From the NCBI GenBank assembly GCA_951406725.2, contig OX597827.1:2232001-2296000 (forward strand): a stretch of DNA of 64,000 bases, read 5' to 3'. The notes below the pieces were generated by a model. It ran no database searches, was not told the DNA's origin, and was given only the letters and a program-made list of their open reading frames with translations. Position 1 is the first letter of the stretch. Every line of letters begins with the position of its first letter. A program made the position numbers and the translations under genes. This stretch comes from Octopus vulgaris. Its lineage: Eukaryota. Below are positions 28,399-43,777 of this stretch, one piece after another.

Positions 28399-29061
28399 TT
28401 GCTTCTATTATTATTATTATTATAATTATTATAAGTAGTAGTAGTAGTAGGAGGAGGAGGAGGAAGAGGAGTAGTAGTAGTTTCTAATTTGTTTTCTCCA
28501 TGTCGAATCTGGCTAGTTTGCATTTTGATAAATGTATAAAAGGTCATAGAAAAGTGTACTGATTGAGTGGAAAGGTCAGAAGCCATGTCGGTACAAGCAG
28601 CAGCAGCAGTTGTAGTAGTAGTAGTAGTAGTTATTGTTGTTATTGCATCGTTTTTATTTCTTTTGTTTTAAAAATGTCGAATGTGAATATTCCAAGACAT
28701 TGAATTGCAGACAAAAATGAAACGAAAAGATTTGTTTCTGTGCTTGTGTGTGTGTATGTTTGTGTGTGTGTGTTTGTATGTGTGTGTGTGTGCATGTGTG
28801 TGTATCTTTGTATCTGGATGTATGTATGGTTTGTGCGTAGACAACATTAATATGTTAATATTAATTCAGAAATGTTTTAGAGTCGCTTCAACCACATTTT
28901 TTTAGCAAATTTCAAGTGTCGGTTTTCAGTACAGCAGCAGCAGCGGTAGCAGTGGCAGCAAAACAGCAGCAAGAGATCTTTTGCCGGGTTGTGGAGAAAT
29001 TAATAACAGCGCAGTTATAAATAAAAGCCCGAGCTTTTTTTTTGGGCGGGGGGGGGGGGTG

Positions 29062-29595
29062 CCAGTCGATTACATCGACCCAATACCCAACTGTTACTTA
29101 ATTTATCGACCCTGAAAAGATGAAAGGCAAAGTCGACCTCGGCGGAATTTGAACTCAGAACGTAACAGCAGACGAAATACCTATTTCTTTACTACCCACA
29201 AGGGGCTAAACACAGAGAGGACAAACAAGGACAGACAAACGGATTAAGTCGATTATATCGACCCCAGTGCATAACTGGTAATTATTTAATCGACCCCGAA
29301 AGGATGAAAGGTAAAGTCGACCTCGGCGGAATTTGAACTAAGAACGTAAAGACAGACGAAATACCTATTTCTTTACTACCCACAAGGGGCTAAACACAGG
29401 GAGGACAAACAAGGACAGACAAATGGATTAAGTCGATTATATCGACCCCAGTAATTGGTACTTATTTACTCGACCCCGAAAGGATGAAAGGTAAAGTCGA
29501 CCTCGACGGAATTTGAACTCAGAACGTAACGGCAAATGAAATACCACTAAGCATTTCGCCTCGGCGTGCTAACGTTTCTGCCAGCTCGCCGCCTT
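29062..29595 (-). mobile_element. SINE family A, trimer (184-bp period)
   Basis: GACGAAATACCTATTTCTTTACTACCCACAAGGGG junction at 29171 and 29355. Single head at about 29540-29595. Confidence 0.88.
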
Positions 29596-30377
29596 ATGAA
29601 GTAACAGGATAATGCACAGACAATGTGATCAACCTGGAAAGATGATTGCGAGTACTGTACTCTAAAGGCGAGTATGAAAACAGCTGTAAAGTACCGCTGG
29701 AGAAGACAAGTGGTAAGACAACTTTGCGAAAACCAGAGACTAACTTTGACATCCTAATTACTTCGTCCGTGGTTTCTCAGCCGTTCAACCATTATTCATT
29801 AATCATTTTTTAAACGTGCAGAAGAATTTCATCTATGTTATAAGATATATGAGTGCGTACGTGTGTGTGTGTATGTATGTATGTCTGTCTGTATGTATGT
29901 CTGTCTGTCTGTATGTCTGTTTGTCTGAATGTATCGTTTATCTTTTGCATTTCACTTGATTCGGTCATTAGTCTGCGGCATTGGAGGCCACAAACGTGAC
30001 AGAGGATACTGACTGGCACTTCTTTTGCTAAAAGTAAGAGTCTGGGACGTCTATTAATATTGCTTTAGATTCTAATTGTTCATAAGCCACCCTTTTCAAT
30101 TTGTTGTTTGCACTTTCTCTGCATTGGAAATCAGCTTACAACGGTTTTTCTTATAAGACTGACGGATGTAGCTGAGTTTAACCCTAGGCGCCAAGAGTCA
30201 CTAATGAGGGTTAAGGTGGTCTACATCAAAATCCAAATTCGCAAATCCGACTATGGACGATGTGGACTTACCTCTCTTTGTCAGTCACTAAGTTCAGTGA
30301 TTTTGGGGCTTTGAGTTATTTTAACTATTATTTTTAGCAAAAGGGCTGCTAGTCAGTAACCTCTCTTTCTTTTGTGA

Positions 30378-30502
<125 letters not shown>

Positions 30503-30814
30503 GTATACACACGCACACATACATATATACATATAAATTACATCAGGAGCAACATTATGTCAATATTGAACACATATACATTAGTTCCATTTCGCTTCTT
30601 TTAGTATAAGTAGTTAAGTAGTTAACTATTTAACTAATTACCTAATCGATTATTTGATTAATCATTCGGCCAATGAATCAATCAATCAAGCGATCGATCA
30701 ATTAGTCAGCTAGCTTTGTCAAAGTCCTTACGTCGTTATATGCGCCCGCATCAATGACGTGCCCTCTGAACGCTTCGTATTTTTTAGGTCTGTCTGTTAT
30801 ACTGACATACATAC

Positions 30815-30872
<58 letters not shown>

Positions 30873-31090
30873 CATATATACATGCGTACATATATGCATA
30901 AACACACACACATATATAAATATATATATATATATACATACGTATATATATATATATGGGTACGTATTTAAATATATATGTAGCTATGTGTGAATAGTAA
31001 ATATTATATATTATGTATATGAGTGTGTGCGTTGTGTCTGTGTGTGTGTGTATCTATGTATATGCGTATGCATGTGTGTGCGTCTGTATT

Positions 31091-31122
<32 letters not shown>

Positions 31123-31607
31123 CGTTTAAAGACCAAATATGACACCTGAAGACGACGACTAGAGAACGAGCTGATCGAAAATATCCGAACCGCCGATGAA
31201 AGACAAAATAAATAAAAAAAAAAAAATAAATAAAAAAAGTAGGTACCCTCCCCCCACAAGAAAGAAACCACAAAATACAGAACAAAAAAGTTTAAAAAAA
31301 CAAAACAAAAAACAAAGGATAATACGTTGAAAGGTTATATGTCTAATCGATACTTATTATTTCAGTAGCAGTAGAGTGCAGAAACGGTCCGGGAGTAGAA
31401 AGAAACGGAGGTTGGTGCAAGACGGGAATAAAAGAAAGATAAGAGAGAGGGAGGGGGGAGAGAGGGGGGAGGGAGCACCATAGTACTAAATACTAATTCC
31501 AGTACCAATAAAATCGATATTCCAAATGTATTAATCAAGAAACTAATGTATCTATCGGTATGACCTACATACTTCATTTTAGCTCCCTCTCCCCACTCAT
31601 ACATATA

Positions 31608-31872
31608 TAATACATACATACATACCTACATATATACATACCTACATATATACATGCATACATACATACATACATGCACACATATACATACATATATACA
31701 TACATACATACATACATGCATGCATGCATGCATACACACATACATGCATACATACATGCATACATAAATACATGCATACATACATACATACACACATACA
31801 TACATACATACATACATACATACATACATACATACATACATACATACATACATACATACATACATACATACA

Positions 31873-31906
<34 letters not shown>

Positions 31907-31922
31907 CATGCATACATATATA
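31608..31922. repeat. (TACA)n microsatellite
   Basis: Direct reading. Confidence 0.96.
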
Positions 31923-32919
31923 TAAGGCAGTTACACACGAAAATACATGCATAACGTGTAGAAACATGCCGACCCCAAATTACAACAACATGCACATATA
32001 GAGATGCTAACTCAAAATATCCACTCATGTATGTGTGTGTATATGTTTGTATGTGTGTGTGTGTGTGTGTGAATGCCTGCGTGTATGCATTTATGCTTGT
32101 ATGTGTGAGTGTATGTTAGAAAGTGAGAGAGTAGAAGCAAGAGAGAGTAGAAACAAAAGGATGCAAAGCACAAAAATACAAAGGAACGAAAATGTGCAGA
32201 ATTTTAAAAAATAGTCGAAGGGGTGAACAGAAATATTAGTCATGGAAATAGTACTCAAAATGTGTGTGTGTGTGATTGTATGAACGTATGTATGTGTGTG
32301 CATGCGTATATATATATGATTATGCTTGTGTATGTGTGTGTGCGTACACAGCCAGCATTTTCGTTAGTTTACGTTTCCCGAATGTTCGATAAAACAAACG
32401 ACCATATGAGTCTGTAATGATAAACATGCCGGCAATTCAAGATGGCGCACGGTACTCCGTTTCATGGCTCTAGTAAACGTTGGTTTTTCTAAAGGTTGTA
32501 ATTAGTTTACTGGGTCTGATTTCGACGTCTAGCTTAAATTTTAGCCCGGTTCTTCATTCTGTTTGTTGTACGTACTCGAGAGCATATTGCTCGTAAGAAC
32601 TAGTTTTAATTACTGTTTTTTGATGGCATATAAGACGCACTTTTTTCCAACAAAAAATACCTCAAAAAGTTACCCCACGTCCCATGTGGGAAGTTGGAAC
32701 TCCCATTCTTTAATTTTGTCCCTGACTCTCACTAATATAAGCTTATTTTAATCCAGACGGTTACCTGTATCAAGTCTGATTCCACTCATACCCATGTCCA
32801 TGGTTTCATGACTTCTGAAGGAGGAGCGCCTCTCTATTCCTTCCACCACTGTCTGTCTCTGTCCAGCTGGGACTATGTAGTAGGCCCCAGGTCTTTGGTC
32901 GGCTTCTTGGTGTCCATTG

Positions 32920-33150
32920 TCGTGGCCTCTCAACACTACCAGCATTAACGCCCTCGTTGTAGCCCAGCGGAAAATGGAACGAATCACGCTGGACATCACA
33001 TTGTGGGATAAGAAAATCAACGCCTGAATTCGACCGTATACGAGTGTCAACGACCATCAAGGAGAACAAATGTAGTTGGGCTGGTCACAAGGACAGTAGA
33101 GGGACTGGAGGACAATAGGGGGACGATCAGAGCGACGGGTTGGACACCAA
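32920..33150 (+). mobile_element. RTE-like LINE fragment, degraded
   Basis: WPLNTTSINALVVAQRKMERITLDITLWDKKINA*IR..SVND..IKENKCSWAGH. Confidence 0.7.
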
Positions 33151-33264
33151 GACAATCAGACACCATACTAATATTTAATTTTTATATACAACAATGTTTT
33201 CTGCGATAGCTAAGGTACTTTTGTAATGTTTTGTAATGCACTATTATATTACTTTAAATATTGA

Positions 33265-33474
33265 TTTCAAATTGTGACACCAAGCCAGCAATTTCAGGGA
33301 GGTGGGCAAATCGAGTACATTGTCTCAAGTGCTCAACTGGTAATTATTTTAGCGACCCCAAAAGGATGAATGGCAAAGTCGACCTCGGCAAAGTTTCAAC
33401 TCAGAACATAGACAGACGAAAAGTCGCCAAGCACTTTAACCGATATGCTAACAATTCTGCAAGCTCGTCACCTT
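33265..33474 (-). mobile_element. SINE family A, diverged
   Basis: GACCCCAAAAGGATGAATGGCAAAGTCGACCTCGGC..CAACTCAGAAC. Confidence 0.7.
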
Positions 33475-33619
33475 AGATTGCTTTAAATATTACATATTTT
33501 AATGCGCTAAAACGTTCGCTTCCTGAATATGTCATCGAATACATAAAGTAGAGAGGGTGAATACTTGGTTTAGTTACAAATATTTTTAATTAAATTGCAG
33601 CCTGATTTTTTATATTACT

Positions 33620-33844
33620 GTTTTTACTTGTTTCAGTCATTTGACTGTGGCCATGCTGGAGCACCGCCTTTAGTCGACCAAATCGACCCCAGGACTTATT
33701 CTTTTGTAAGCCTAGTACTTAGTCTATCGGTCTCTTTTGCCGAACCGTTAAGTTACTGGAACGTAAACAGACCAGCATCGGTTGTCAAGCGATGTTGGGG
33801 GGACAAACACAGACACAGAAACATATACATACGTATATACATAC

Positions 33845-33903
<59 letters not shown>

Positions 33904-34055
33904 GACGGGCTTCATTCAGTTTCCGTCTACCAAATCCATTCACAAGGCTTTGGTCGGCCCGAGGCTATAGAAGAAGATACTTGCCCAAGGTGCGACGCAA
34001 TGGGACTGAACACGGAACCATGCGGTTTGTAAGCAAGCTACTTACCACACAGCTA
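33620..34055 (-). mobile_element. Family B SINE
   Basis: Reverse complement of 59538-59960 with internal (TA)n. Confidence 0.85.
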
Positions 34056-34829
34056 CTGATAACATTTTGCTTGGTATGAATGAAACCAGCATAATTTATG
34101 CTTTAAAGTTATTCCGACTCAGAGTTAGCATCACCGACAGATACAAACCAAAGAATCTTTATGGACGAGAGAACGTGAAAATTGAAACGGGCTAAACGAC
34201 AGCAATAAAACTTCTTATTCAGCCTCTTCAACTTCACCACCATCGTAATCAAAGTGATAATCAGCAGCAGCAGCAGCAGCACCGTCGTCGTTGTCGTTAT
34301 CATCGTCGCCGTCGTCACCTTCGTCGTACATTGCTGTTGTCATCATTATTATCATCGATATTGTCCATCACCACCACCAGTACCCTCCACCACAACCACC
34401 ACCATCACCACCACTGCCGCCACCGCCGCCACCACTACACCTGCTTATACTTGTTAATCAATATATATATATACATATCTTCGTCTCTCTTCTGATCAAA
34501 TTGCAATTATTCTTCTTCTTCCAATCATCCGATGGAAGATCATCTAATCTCTAACACAGCAGCAGCTGGCAATAGTTGTGGTGGTGGTGGTGGTGGTGGT
34601 AATGGTGGTGGTGGTAGTGGTGGTGGTGCTGCTGCTTGCGGCGGCGGCGGTGGTATTTTGGAGCATGGGAGAAGATGTAGTCATACTGTAGTTAAAAGTG
34701 TATGTACGTCCGTATCTCCTCTTCTACTTCAATTATTTGAAGTCTTCTGGTAAGGAAGGAGCAGACTTCTAACAACGATACAACGCTCCATCGCTGGAAT
34801 GTAGATTAAAAAAAAAGTCCCTTTTTGAA

Positions 34830-35160
34830 CTTGAGAAAAATCTTGCTCATTTTTACTGTTCCGCTTAGTGATTTTGTTTGTAATGTGCATGTGACCCGGT
34901 TGGTTTCTTTTTCTGTAGACCATAGTTTTTTTCTCTTTGTATCTCAGGTATTTAACTGCAAAACCAAGTGCACCAATTATCATTAGTATAAATGTGAAGA
35001 TTTTGGAGTAGCTGTCCATAGTTATCTTCTTTCTCTTTGACTTTCGAGATATTTACACCAGCAAGGCAGCTGACATCTAGAACAGTTCATACTTTTCCTT
35101 GCCTGTCCCAAACAAAGATATTCGACCTGTTATTTTTACACCTGGTAAAAGTTTTGATGG
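34830..35160 (-). mobile_element. R4/Dong-type RLE domain fragment, degraded
   Basis: IKTFTRCKNNRSNIFVWDRQGKV*TVLDVSCLAGVNISKVKEKEDNYGQL and FTFILMIIGALG. Confidence 0.62.
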
Positions 35161-35184
35161 GAATGTTCCGCCAATATTCTTTCT

Positions 35185-35515
35185 TATTTCTTTATTGCCC
35201 ACAATAATAGAGGGGACAAACAAGGGCTGACAAACGGATTAAGTCGATTTCATCGACTCCAGTGCGTAGCTGTTACTTAATTTATCGTCCCCGAAAGGAT
35301 GAAAGACAAAGTCGACCTCGGCAGAATTTGAACCCAGAACGTAACTTCAGACGAAATAACTATTTCTTTACTACCCACAAGGGGCTAAACACAGAGAGGA
35401 CAAACAAGGACAGACAAACGGATTAAGTCGATTATATCGATCCCAGTGCGTAACTGGTACTTATTTAATCGATCCCGAAAGGATGAAAGGCAAAGTCAAC
35501 CTCGGCGGAATTTGA
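35185..35515 (-). mobile_element. SINE family A, headless dimer abutting a family B tail
   Basis: Two units. At 35515 it switches directly to GTGCTCCAGCATGGCCACAGTC..GAGTAAAGAG. Confidence 0.8.
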
Positions 35516-35611
35516 CTGTGCTCCAGCATGGCCACAGTCAAGTGCCTGAAACAAGTAATAGAGTAAAGAGTAAAGAGAGAGTTTCAGTAAACTTTAATAT
35601 CTAAATAGACA

Positions 35612-36072
35612 CAGGCATAGTCAAGAAATAGGCTTTGTGACCAAAATGTTTTGGGTTCAGTCCCTCTACAAGGCACCTTGGTCGTGTACATTTTCTACTA
35701 TACTCTCGTAAAGACTAATGGCTTGTGAGTGGATTTGCTAGAAGGAAGCTACGTGGAAGCTGGAGAATACAGATATGTAAGTTGGTGTGTGTGCATTTGT
35801 GTGTGTGTATATGTATGTGTGTTTGTGTGGGTGTGTGTATGTGTATGTGAGTGTGTGCGCGCGTATGTGTGTTCGTCCTTATGCTTGTAACCCATTGCTT
35901 GACAACCGATGTTGTGTTGTCTAAGTTTGCATAAATTTGCGGTTCAGCAAAAAGACATCGATAAGTACTAAGCGTTAAATAAATACTAGGATGAATTTGA
36001 TTGGCTAAAATCTTGAAGGCGGTGCCTTTTTATGGCCGCAGTATAAGACCGAAGCATGTGAAAGATTAAAAG
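35612..36072 (+). mobile_element. Family B SINE, diverged
   Basis: Recognisable head, internal TG tract, and tail (GCTTGACAACCGATG, GCGGTTCAGCAAAAGA, GGCCGCAGT). Confidence 0.65.
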
Positions 36073-36626
36073 AATTGCTTAACGCGTTCAATTTAATGAA
36101 CAAGAATATCTCTTATTGCGCTCTCATTTTATTTTACCGATGGCCACGGCCGGAATTCTTTAGATTCATTAGTCAGAGCGATTATAGCATTTTATACAGA
36201 ATATGGATCTATGCCACAAACGCTGGAATCATTCGAACTACCATCGTCAATGCCATCACCAGCGAAACACTGCCACCACCACCACCACCACCACACCCAC
36301 CAGCAATCCCAACACCACGACCGCTACAAACCCCACCACCACGGCAACTAACACGCCACCACCAACTCTACACCAACAGAGAAAGGTATTTTTTCCCCCT
36401 TTTATGTGTATCTACCGATCTAGAAGTTCCTTAGTCAGCTAAAAAATACCAGTGATACACTCTGTGGTATAGATTCAATCAGCTAATAACCTCCAATTCT
36501 CGCCAAAGAACTAAATAAATAAATAAATACATAAATACCCAAGTCGCAGCGTGGAGCCGAAGCAAGCCTAAGAATTCATTGCCGCAATTTGTTGCAGTAA
36601 TAACAAAAACAACAACAACAACAACA

Positions 36627-36681
<55 letters not shown>

Positions 36682-36913
36682 TTGCTGCTGGTATTGGTGC
36701 TGGTGCTGCTGCTGCTGCTGCTGAATTTGAAGGGTCTTTCTGTTATACTTGTTATTGTTGTTTAAGTAGGGCAGCAGGTTTTAGGTCGATAAACTGAAAG
36801 AAAAAAAAATTACAACTTCCCGCCATTTTGTTCTCCCTGTCTCGCTCTTTGTTTCTGTCGCTTATTTCTTCTTTTTTTTTCCTTTTCCTATCTAGATGTG
36901 AGTGTGTGTGTGT

Positions 36914-36949
<36 letters not shown>

Positions 36950-37047
36950 TTGTGTCTGCAGATGTATGTTTAGATGTATATATGTAAGTATGTATATTTA
37001 CAAACACATGCATACATTCATACATACATACATATACATATGTATAC

Positions 37048-37087
<40 letters not shown>

Positions 37088-37177
37088 GTGCATTTGTGTG
37101 TGCATGTATGTGTATATATATGATATATATACATATATACTAATAGGTATATGCGTGTATGATGCATGTATCTGTGT

Positions 37178-37240
<63 letters not shown>

Positions 37241-37241
37241 T

Positions 37242-37294
<53 letters not shown>

Positions 37295-37608
37295 TATATA
37301 TACATATACATATAAGCATGTGTGTGTTTCTTAGTATGAGTATGTTTTTATCTCTACATGTTTGAATAGATGCATGTATGTGGTTATGGATGGATGCGTA
37401 AACAGCTAGTTAGCAATGTAGCTGTTGATTCCTACATCCTCTTGCCCCCCCCTCAACTACCACCACCATCACCACTGCTGCCGTCGCCCACCCGCCACCC
37501 CATCACCATCATCTCACCACCGCATCGCCATCACTTGCTGACTTCAACAAAGGAATATCTGTCTTATCGATATTTAACATGCCGAGCATTTTGCTCGATC
37601 GATCAGCT

Positions 37609-37659
<51 letters not shown>

Positions 37660-38346
37660 CACACAGGCACACACACACACACACACATACACACAGAGCC
37701 ATACCGCACTACCCGCATCCGCACTCTCATACAATCCCAGCAACCCTTTACGTATTACATCTACGCTCACAAGCATCATCACCACCACCACCACCACCAC
37801 CACCACTACCACCCCGCCGCCGCCGCCACCATCACCACTACCCGCCTCCAAACATCGCCGCACATTACCCCCCCCCCATCGGAGAACAACAAACAACTAA
37901 ACAAACAATGTAACTAACAAGCAATTACACAAACGAAAGCATTAAATAAATACATAGAATGCAACATAAACACTCCCCACCACAACCACCACCACCGTCT
38001 ACCCTTTCTACCCCTCCTATTGCTCATCCACTTTCCTCCACTTCCCCTTCTCCTCTTCATCCTACTCCTTTTCATCGTCTCTCTCTCCTTCTCTTTCTCT
38101 CTATACATTTAGACCGACGCAGATCTTCGAACGTGAAGTAAAGTTTGTGGTACTGTTCGGGTTTGTTCACAACAACTGCAACCATGAAGTTAACAAACTG
38201 TCGATTGGTTGCTTAATGTTTGTATTGATGTTGTTGGTGCTGCTGTTGTTGTTGTTGGTAGTGGTGGGATTGTTGTTTAAACTTGGCAGATGCGACAGAG
38301 TATATACCAACCCGTTTGCAGCAAAGTATAGCTGAACTCTGTATAC

Positions 38347-38761
38347 TTATTTCTTTATTGCCCTCAAGGGGCTAAACACAGAGGGGACAAACAAGGACAA
38401 AGGGGTTAATTCGATTATATCGACCCCAGTGCGTAACTGGTACTTAATTTATCGACCCCGTAAGGATGAAAGGCAAAGTCGACCTCAGCGGAATTTGAAC
38501 TCAGAACGTAACGGCAGACGAAATACCTATTTCTTTACTACCGACAAGGGGCTAAACACAGAGGGGACAAACAAGGCCAGACAAACTGATTAAGTCGATT
38601 ATATCGACCCCAGTGCGTAACTGGTACTTATTTAATCGATCCCGAAATGATGAAGGGCAAAGTCGACCTCGGCGGAAATTGAACTCAGAACGTAACGGCA
38701 CACGAAACACTGCTAAGCATTTCGCCCGGTGTGCTAACGTTTCTGCCAGCTCGGTCGCCTT
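38347..38761 (-). mobile_element. SINE family A, dimer
   Basis: Two units with the standard junction at about 38518-38545. Confidence 0.88.
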
Positions 38762-39454
38762 ATCTGTATATTCTGTACACTGGCGAAAGAATGCAAATTC
38801 TTAATTCATAAATTCATACTCTACATATGATCAAATATCAGGGATCATAAAGATCTGCAAAACATTTTTTAAGGGCGATGACTAAAATAACATGCATCCC
38901 TTCACAACTTTACTACGCTGATTTAGCACACATAATTTGATCAAGGGCATTCGAGCTATGACCAAGAGGAGGGTATAACAGTATGGTTAAAGGTTGAGTG
39001 GTTTTAGGGTCAGTGTCGCTGCGCGGAACCTTGGCCATAAATGTCTTCTTTTGTAGCTCCAAGTTGATCAATGCCTTTTGAGTAAAATTGAGACAGGGAA
39101 ACTGTGGAATCCAATCGTATGTATGTATGTATGTATGTATGTATGTATGTATGTATGTATGTATGTGTGTACGTATGCATGTATGTGTGTATGTATGTAT
39201 GTATGTATGCATGCATGTATGTATGCATGTATGTATGTATGCATGTATGTATGTATGCATGCATGTATGTATGCATGCATGTATGTATGTATGTATGTAT
39301 GTATGTATGTATGTGTGTATGTGTGTATGTATGTATGTATGTATGTATGTATGTATGTATGTATGTATGTATGTATGCGCAGATTTGTATGCTTTATGTA
39401 TGTATTCTCATATATATAGTTACGTATCTAGACATGCTCATATATATTTAAATG

Positions 39455-39695
39455 ATAATCCGGAAATTTTTTATTTACAGATTTTTACAGTTCCAGTGAT
39501 GGATTGGATCTGTAGTCTTCGAATTAGTTTTCTGCTTTCTGGTTTTGAGAAGCCTAATTTCTCAAGATTGGTATTTACGCAGTGTGTTACATAGCCCAGG
39601 GCCCCAATAATTACAGGTATAAACCTGAACTTGTAATCTGGATTGAGTAACTGCAGATTTCTCAATAGTTCAGCATAGATATTCTCTTTTTTCAC
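39455..39695 (-). mobile_element. R4/Dong-type RLE domain fragment
   Basis: KKENIYAELLRNLQLLNPDYKFRFIPVIIGALGYVTHCVNTNLEKLGF..LQIQSITGTVKICK. Confidence 0.72.
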
Positions 39696-40544
39696 TATAT
39701 ATATATATATATATTGAATGAGAAAGAGAAAGAGAGAGAGAGTGAGAGAGAGAGAGAGGGAGGGAGAGAGAGAGAGTGAGAGAGAGAGAGAGAGAGGGAG
39801 GGAGAGAGAGAGAGAGCTGCCTATGAGTGTGTATTTGTCTTTGAGTTTGTCCCCCTCAACGCCGATTGACAACTGGTGTTTGGTTTCTGTGCATACCCAT
39901 AACCTAGTGGTTCAGGACAGAATAATCACCAGACTTGATAAAACTAAGTACTACGAGATCGATTTGTTCGACTAAATCCTCCAAAGCGGTGCCCCGGCAT
40001 CAAACAAGTAATACAAATTAAAAGACACTGGTCTGCTCTATCTAATGTGTTCGTACAACCCGTCTTGTTTTGCCTTGATTTGTTTTTAGAAAATTAAACT
40101 GAAAACATATGGTACGGAGTAATTAATGCAAGGTGCTCATCGATATTGTGCGTCGAACAATTTTAAGATTGTTGTTGTCAATGTTCCTTTAGTTGTTGTT
40201 TAACTCCAAGACAGCACCAATCATCTGGGATCAAAATTGTTCCAGTCGTGATCTTTTATGCAGGGGCAGCGCCTTGAGGAGTCTTTTTTTAAATCGAACA
40301 AATCGGCCCCAGGCCTTATTTGCTTTAAAGCGCAGTACCTATCCTATCGGTCTCTTTTTCCGAAACGCTAGGTTACGGGAACGTAAACACACCAACAGCG
40401 GTTGCCAAGGGTGGTGGGGGACAAACACAAGCACAAAGACACATACACATAGATTTATACATATATACCTAAATATGATTCGACTACCTCTCAACTTCTG
40501 TTCTTTCAACATGTGATCTCTTGAGCACCACCAGCTCAAATATG

Positions 40545-40733
40545 TTCTCCTCTGTCTTCCCTCCTTGGGATCTTTCCTTCTCCTTGTTTCCGACGAAGAG
40601 CTCCGCTCGAAACGTTAAACCCTCCTTCTTCCCTTCTTTCCTGAGCGTCAATAATACTTTAATTGTTCCACGTCCTGCGTTGCTGTGTTTTTTTTTTCTC
40701 TTTTTTTCTGTGTTTTCTTGTTTGGATTAACTT
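40545..40733 (+). mobile_element. Short HHR-bearing repeat (family H1)
   Basis: GTTT-CCGACGA-A-GAGC-TCC-GCTC-GAAA-CG-TT-AAAC at 40586-40620. Ends GGATTAACTT followed by (TA)n. Confidence 0.8.
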
Positions 40734-40847
<114 letters not shown>

Positions 40848-40957
40848 TATAAATATATATACATACAAACACACACATATAAAAATATATACATACATAT
40901 ATACATATATAAACACATTATACCTAAATATATAGATATATATACATATATATATGC

Positions 40958-41020
<63 letters not shown>

Positions 41021-41310
41021 CACATATATATACATATATATAATAATTATTAACAAACCAGAGTCTGTTTATAAATATTATATGTAGTATTAGACAGGTT
41101 AAGTATATATTAACTACGTTTGAGTAAAATTGATGGGTGAGCTTTTGGACAAGCGGATGTGCAAGAGCCGTGTAAGCGTTGATTTGTGGGTTCGATTCTG
41201 CCTGATGTTAAGTCATTATATTTCGGTCATTTGTTTGCATATAAAAATTGTGGCTTGGAATTGGAGATTAAAAATTATTATGATATATTATTGTACATTT
41301 ATACATACAC

Positions 41311-41372
<62 letters not shown>

Positions 41373-41422
41373 TATACATACATGCATGCATACATACATA
41401 CATACATACTTGCATACATATC

Positions 41423-41457
<35 letters not shown>

Positions 41458-42948
41458 GACAAAACGATGGGTTTCTGCTATAGTAGAAGATGCTTGCCCA
41501 AGGTGCCATGCAGTGGAACTGAACCCAGAACACCATATTACTGAGAAGCAAGCTTCTGACCACACAGCCTCACCTGCCCCTGATTACCGTATTTTATGCC
41601 ACAAAAGATGCCACCGGGTCCTCTGTGCAGATGTTGCCCTATATCGGCACATGCTGTAATGTGCTGGTAACCTTTTCATCCTGGATATGCGCTGTTGATG
41701 TTGGGGTCATGTCTAATATGCCAGGCCATCATTTACACTTTTATGCCATCAAATACAGTCTCTGTCTTAAATGAATTCCCTCTTCTTCTACACTGACAGT
41801 GAACTGGCACGATCGTTAGAGGGTTGGACGAAATTTGGTGCAGTATTTTATTGTTTTCTTGTATTCAAATCTCTTTTTTATCTCTGGCGTTCGTAAATTT
41901 GAGGTCGAGAAATAAAGGACGGTGGACTTGCGGAAACGTTAGAACATCGAACAGAATCCTTGGCGCTATTCTGAATGTTCCCGCTTTAGTAATTGGTAAT
42001 CCGAGCCTGTTTTATCCTTTCGGGGTTGATAAAGTAAATTGCTAGCTTTGTGCCAAAATTTGAAATTATTGTCGTTATGTGAATATGGTTTATATGAGAT
42101 AATATATGAAAGTTATCAAGAAAACGCCCGCCTTTAAGTTTAAAATAGAAAAAAAATATCTTGGATGAGGAGAATAGATATCGAGAGCGATAATGCACCT
42201 CAGAAGGTCTAAACGAAGTGTTTACCGTTCGAGTGTAACAGCGAGGCCAAACACTGGTCGTAGTTTGCAGTCACAGGCAATTGTGTTACATGTGACATTG
42301 AAGTCGGTTACATTTGATGTGACACAGAAGGTGTGTCAAGGCAAAAAAAAACAAAAAAAAACCCAGATCCTCGACCCACCAACTGCAACCAAGTAAAAAC
42401 CATAAGAATACTAATAAACCGCCTCCTCATTAATATTAAGATTAATATTCTTTTCCTACTGATTGCATCAAAATTCATTTGAAATGGAAAATTACAACAA
42501 TTCATGCTTTGCTTTCTTTCTTTTTTTTTTTGCCTTCTTTTGCCTTCTTTCTTCTTTCTTTCTTTCTTTTTTTTATATCTTTTAACTTTCTATTTTCTTT
42601 CAGTAATATATTTACACACATGCACACACACACATTCACACACACACGGACGCACGCACTCACACACACACACACACACACACAAACGCACACACACACA
42701 CACACGCACACACACACGCGCGCGCGCGTGCTTGATTTTTCTGTATGTCTGTCCTTCTATAAAAGCATACACATATATGCGTATGTGTCTGTCTACCTCT
42801 GTGTGTGTGTAGATATATATATATATATATACACACATACAAACACACACACACATACAAACACACACACACACGCACATATATAGATATATATATATGT
42901 GTGTGTCTATAGATATACAGGGCACATGTCGCACTTTACAGTGGCCCC

Positions 42949-43011
<63 letters not shown>

Positions 43012-43569
43012 GGAATGAGGTGATATTCGTCTGTCATTATCCAATTGTCCTTATGTTAACCAATCTAAAATGAGATTAAAAAACCTGATGATTTTTTTTT
43101 CTTTACCCTTCACTTCATTCTAAAGAAGATACACTTTACATTTTCTTTTCGTTTTGCCATTTCTTTTATTTTTTAGGGAGATTGGTGTATTCTTGTATTT
43201 AGTTTTATATTTCTTTCGTTGTTGTTTTTTTTTTCATGTTGCTGATTTGATTCGCAATAAGTGGATGATGCCATCAATCGTTCATCTCCATCGTAAATCT
43301 CATGTTATACACAGACACCCTACAACAGGCGCCATCTTGAATTTAATTTGATCTTATTGGACAGATTTCTTCTCACTCTTTTACACTTCCTCCGACTGTC
43401 CACCGTCTTAGATTTCTGTCTCACCCTTTCTACTTTCTCTCGCTCTCTCTCTCTCACCCTCTCCCTTTCTCTCCCCCTTTCTCTCTTCCTATTTGTTCGA
43501 TTTCATTTCTTCGCATACTTTTCTCTCTACACACATAGATACAAATACTCAAGCAGCTACGTGCACACG

Positions 43570-43636
<67 letters not shown>

Positions 43637-43719
43637 AAACACATATAAACATACACACTTATACACTGAATTCTATGTGTATGTGCGCGTACGTATCTAC
43701 ACATACATACATACATACA

Positions 43720-43777
<58 letters not shown>

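Noticed and set aside
29062-29595. CRISPR-like array
   Set aside because: Units are contiguous 184-bp SINE repeats with no unique spacers, in a eukaryotic context.
31141-31200. CTGAAGA..GAAAATAT
   Set aside because: No UH triplet and no helix I.
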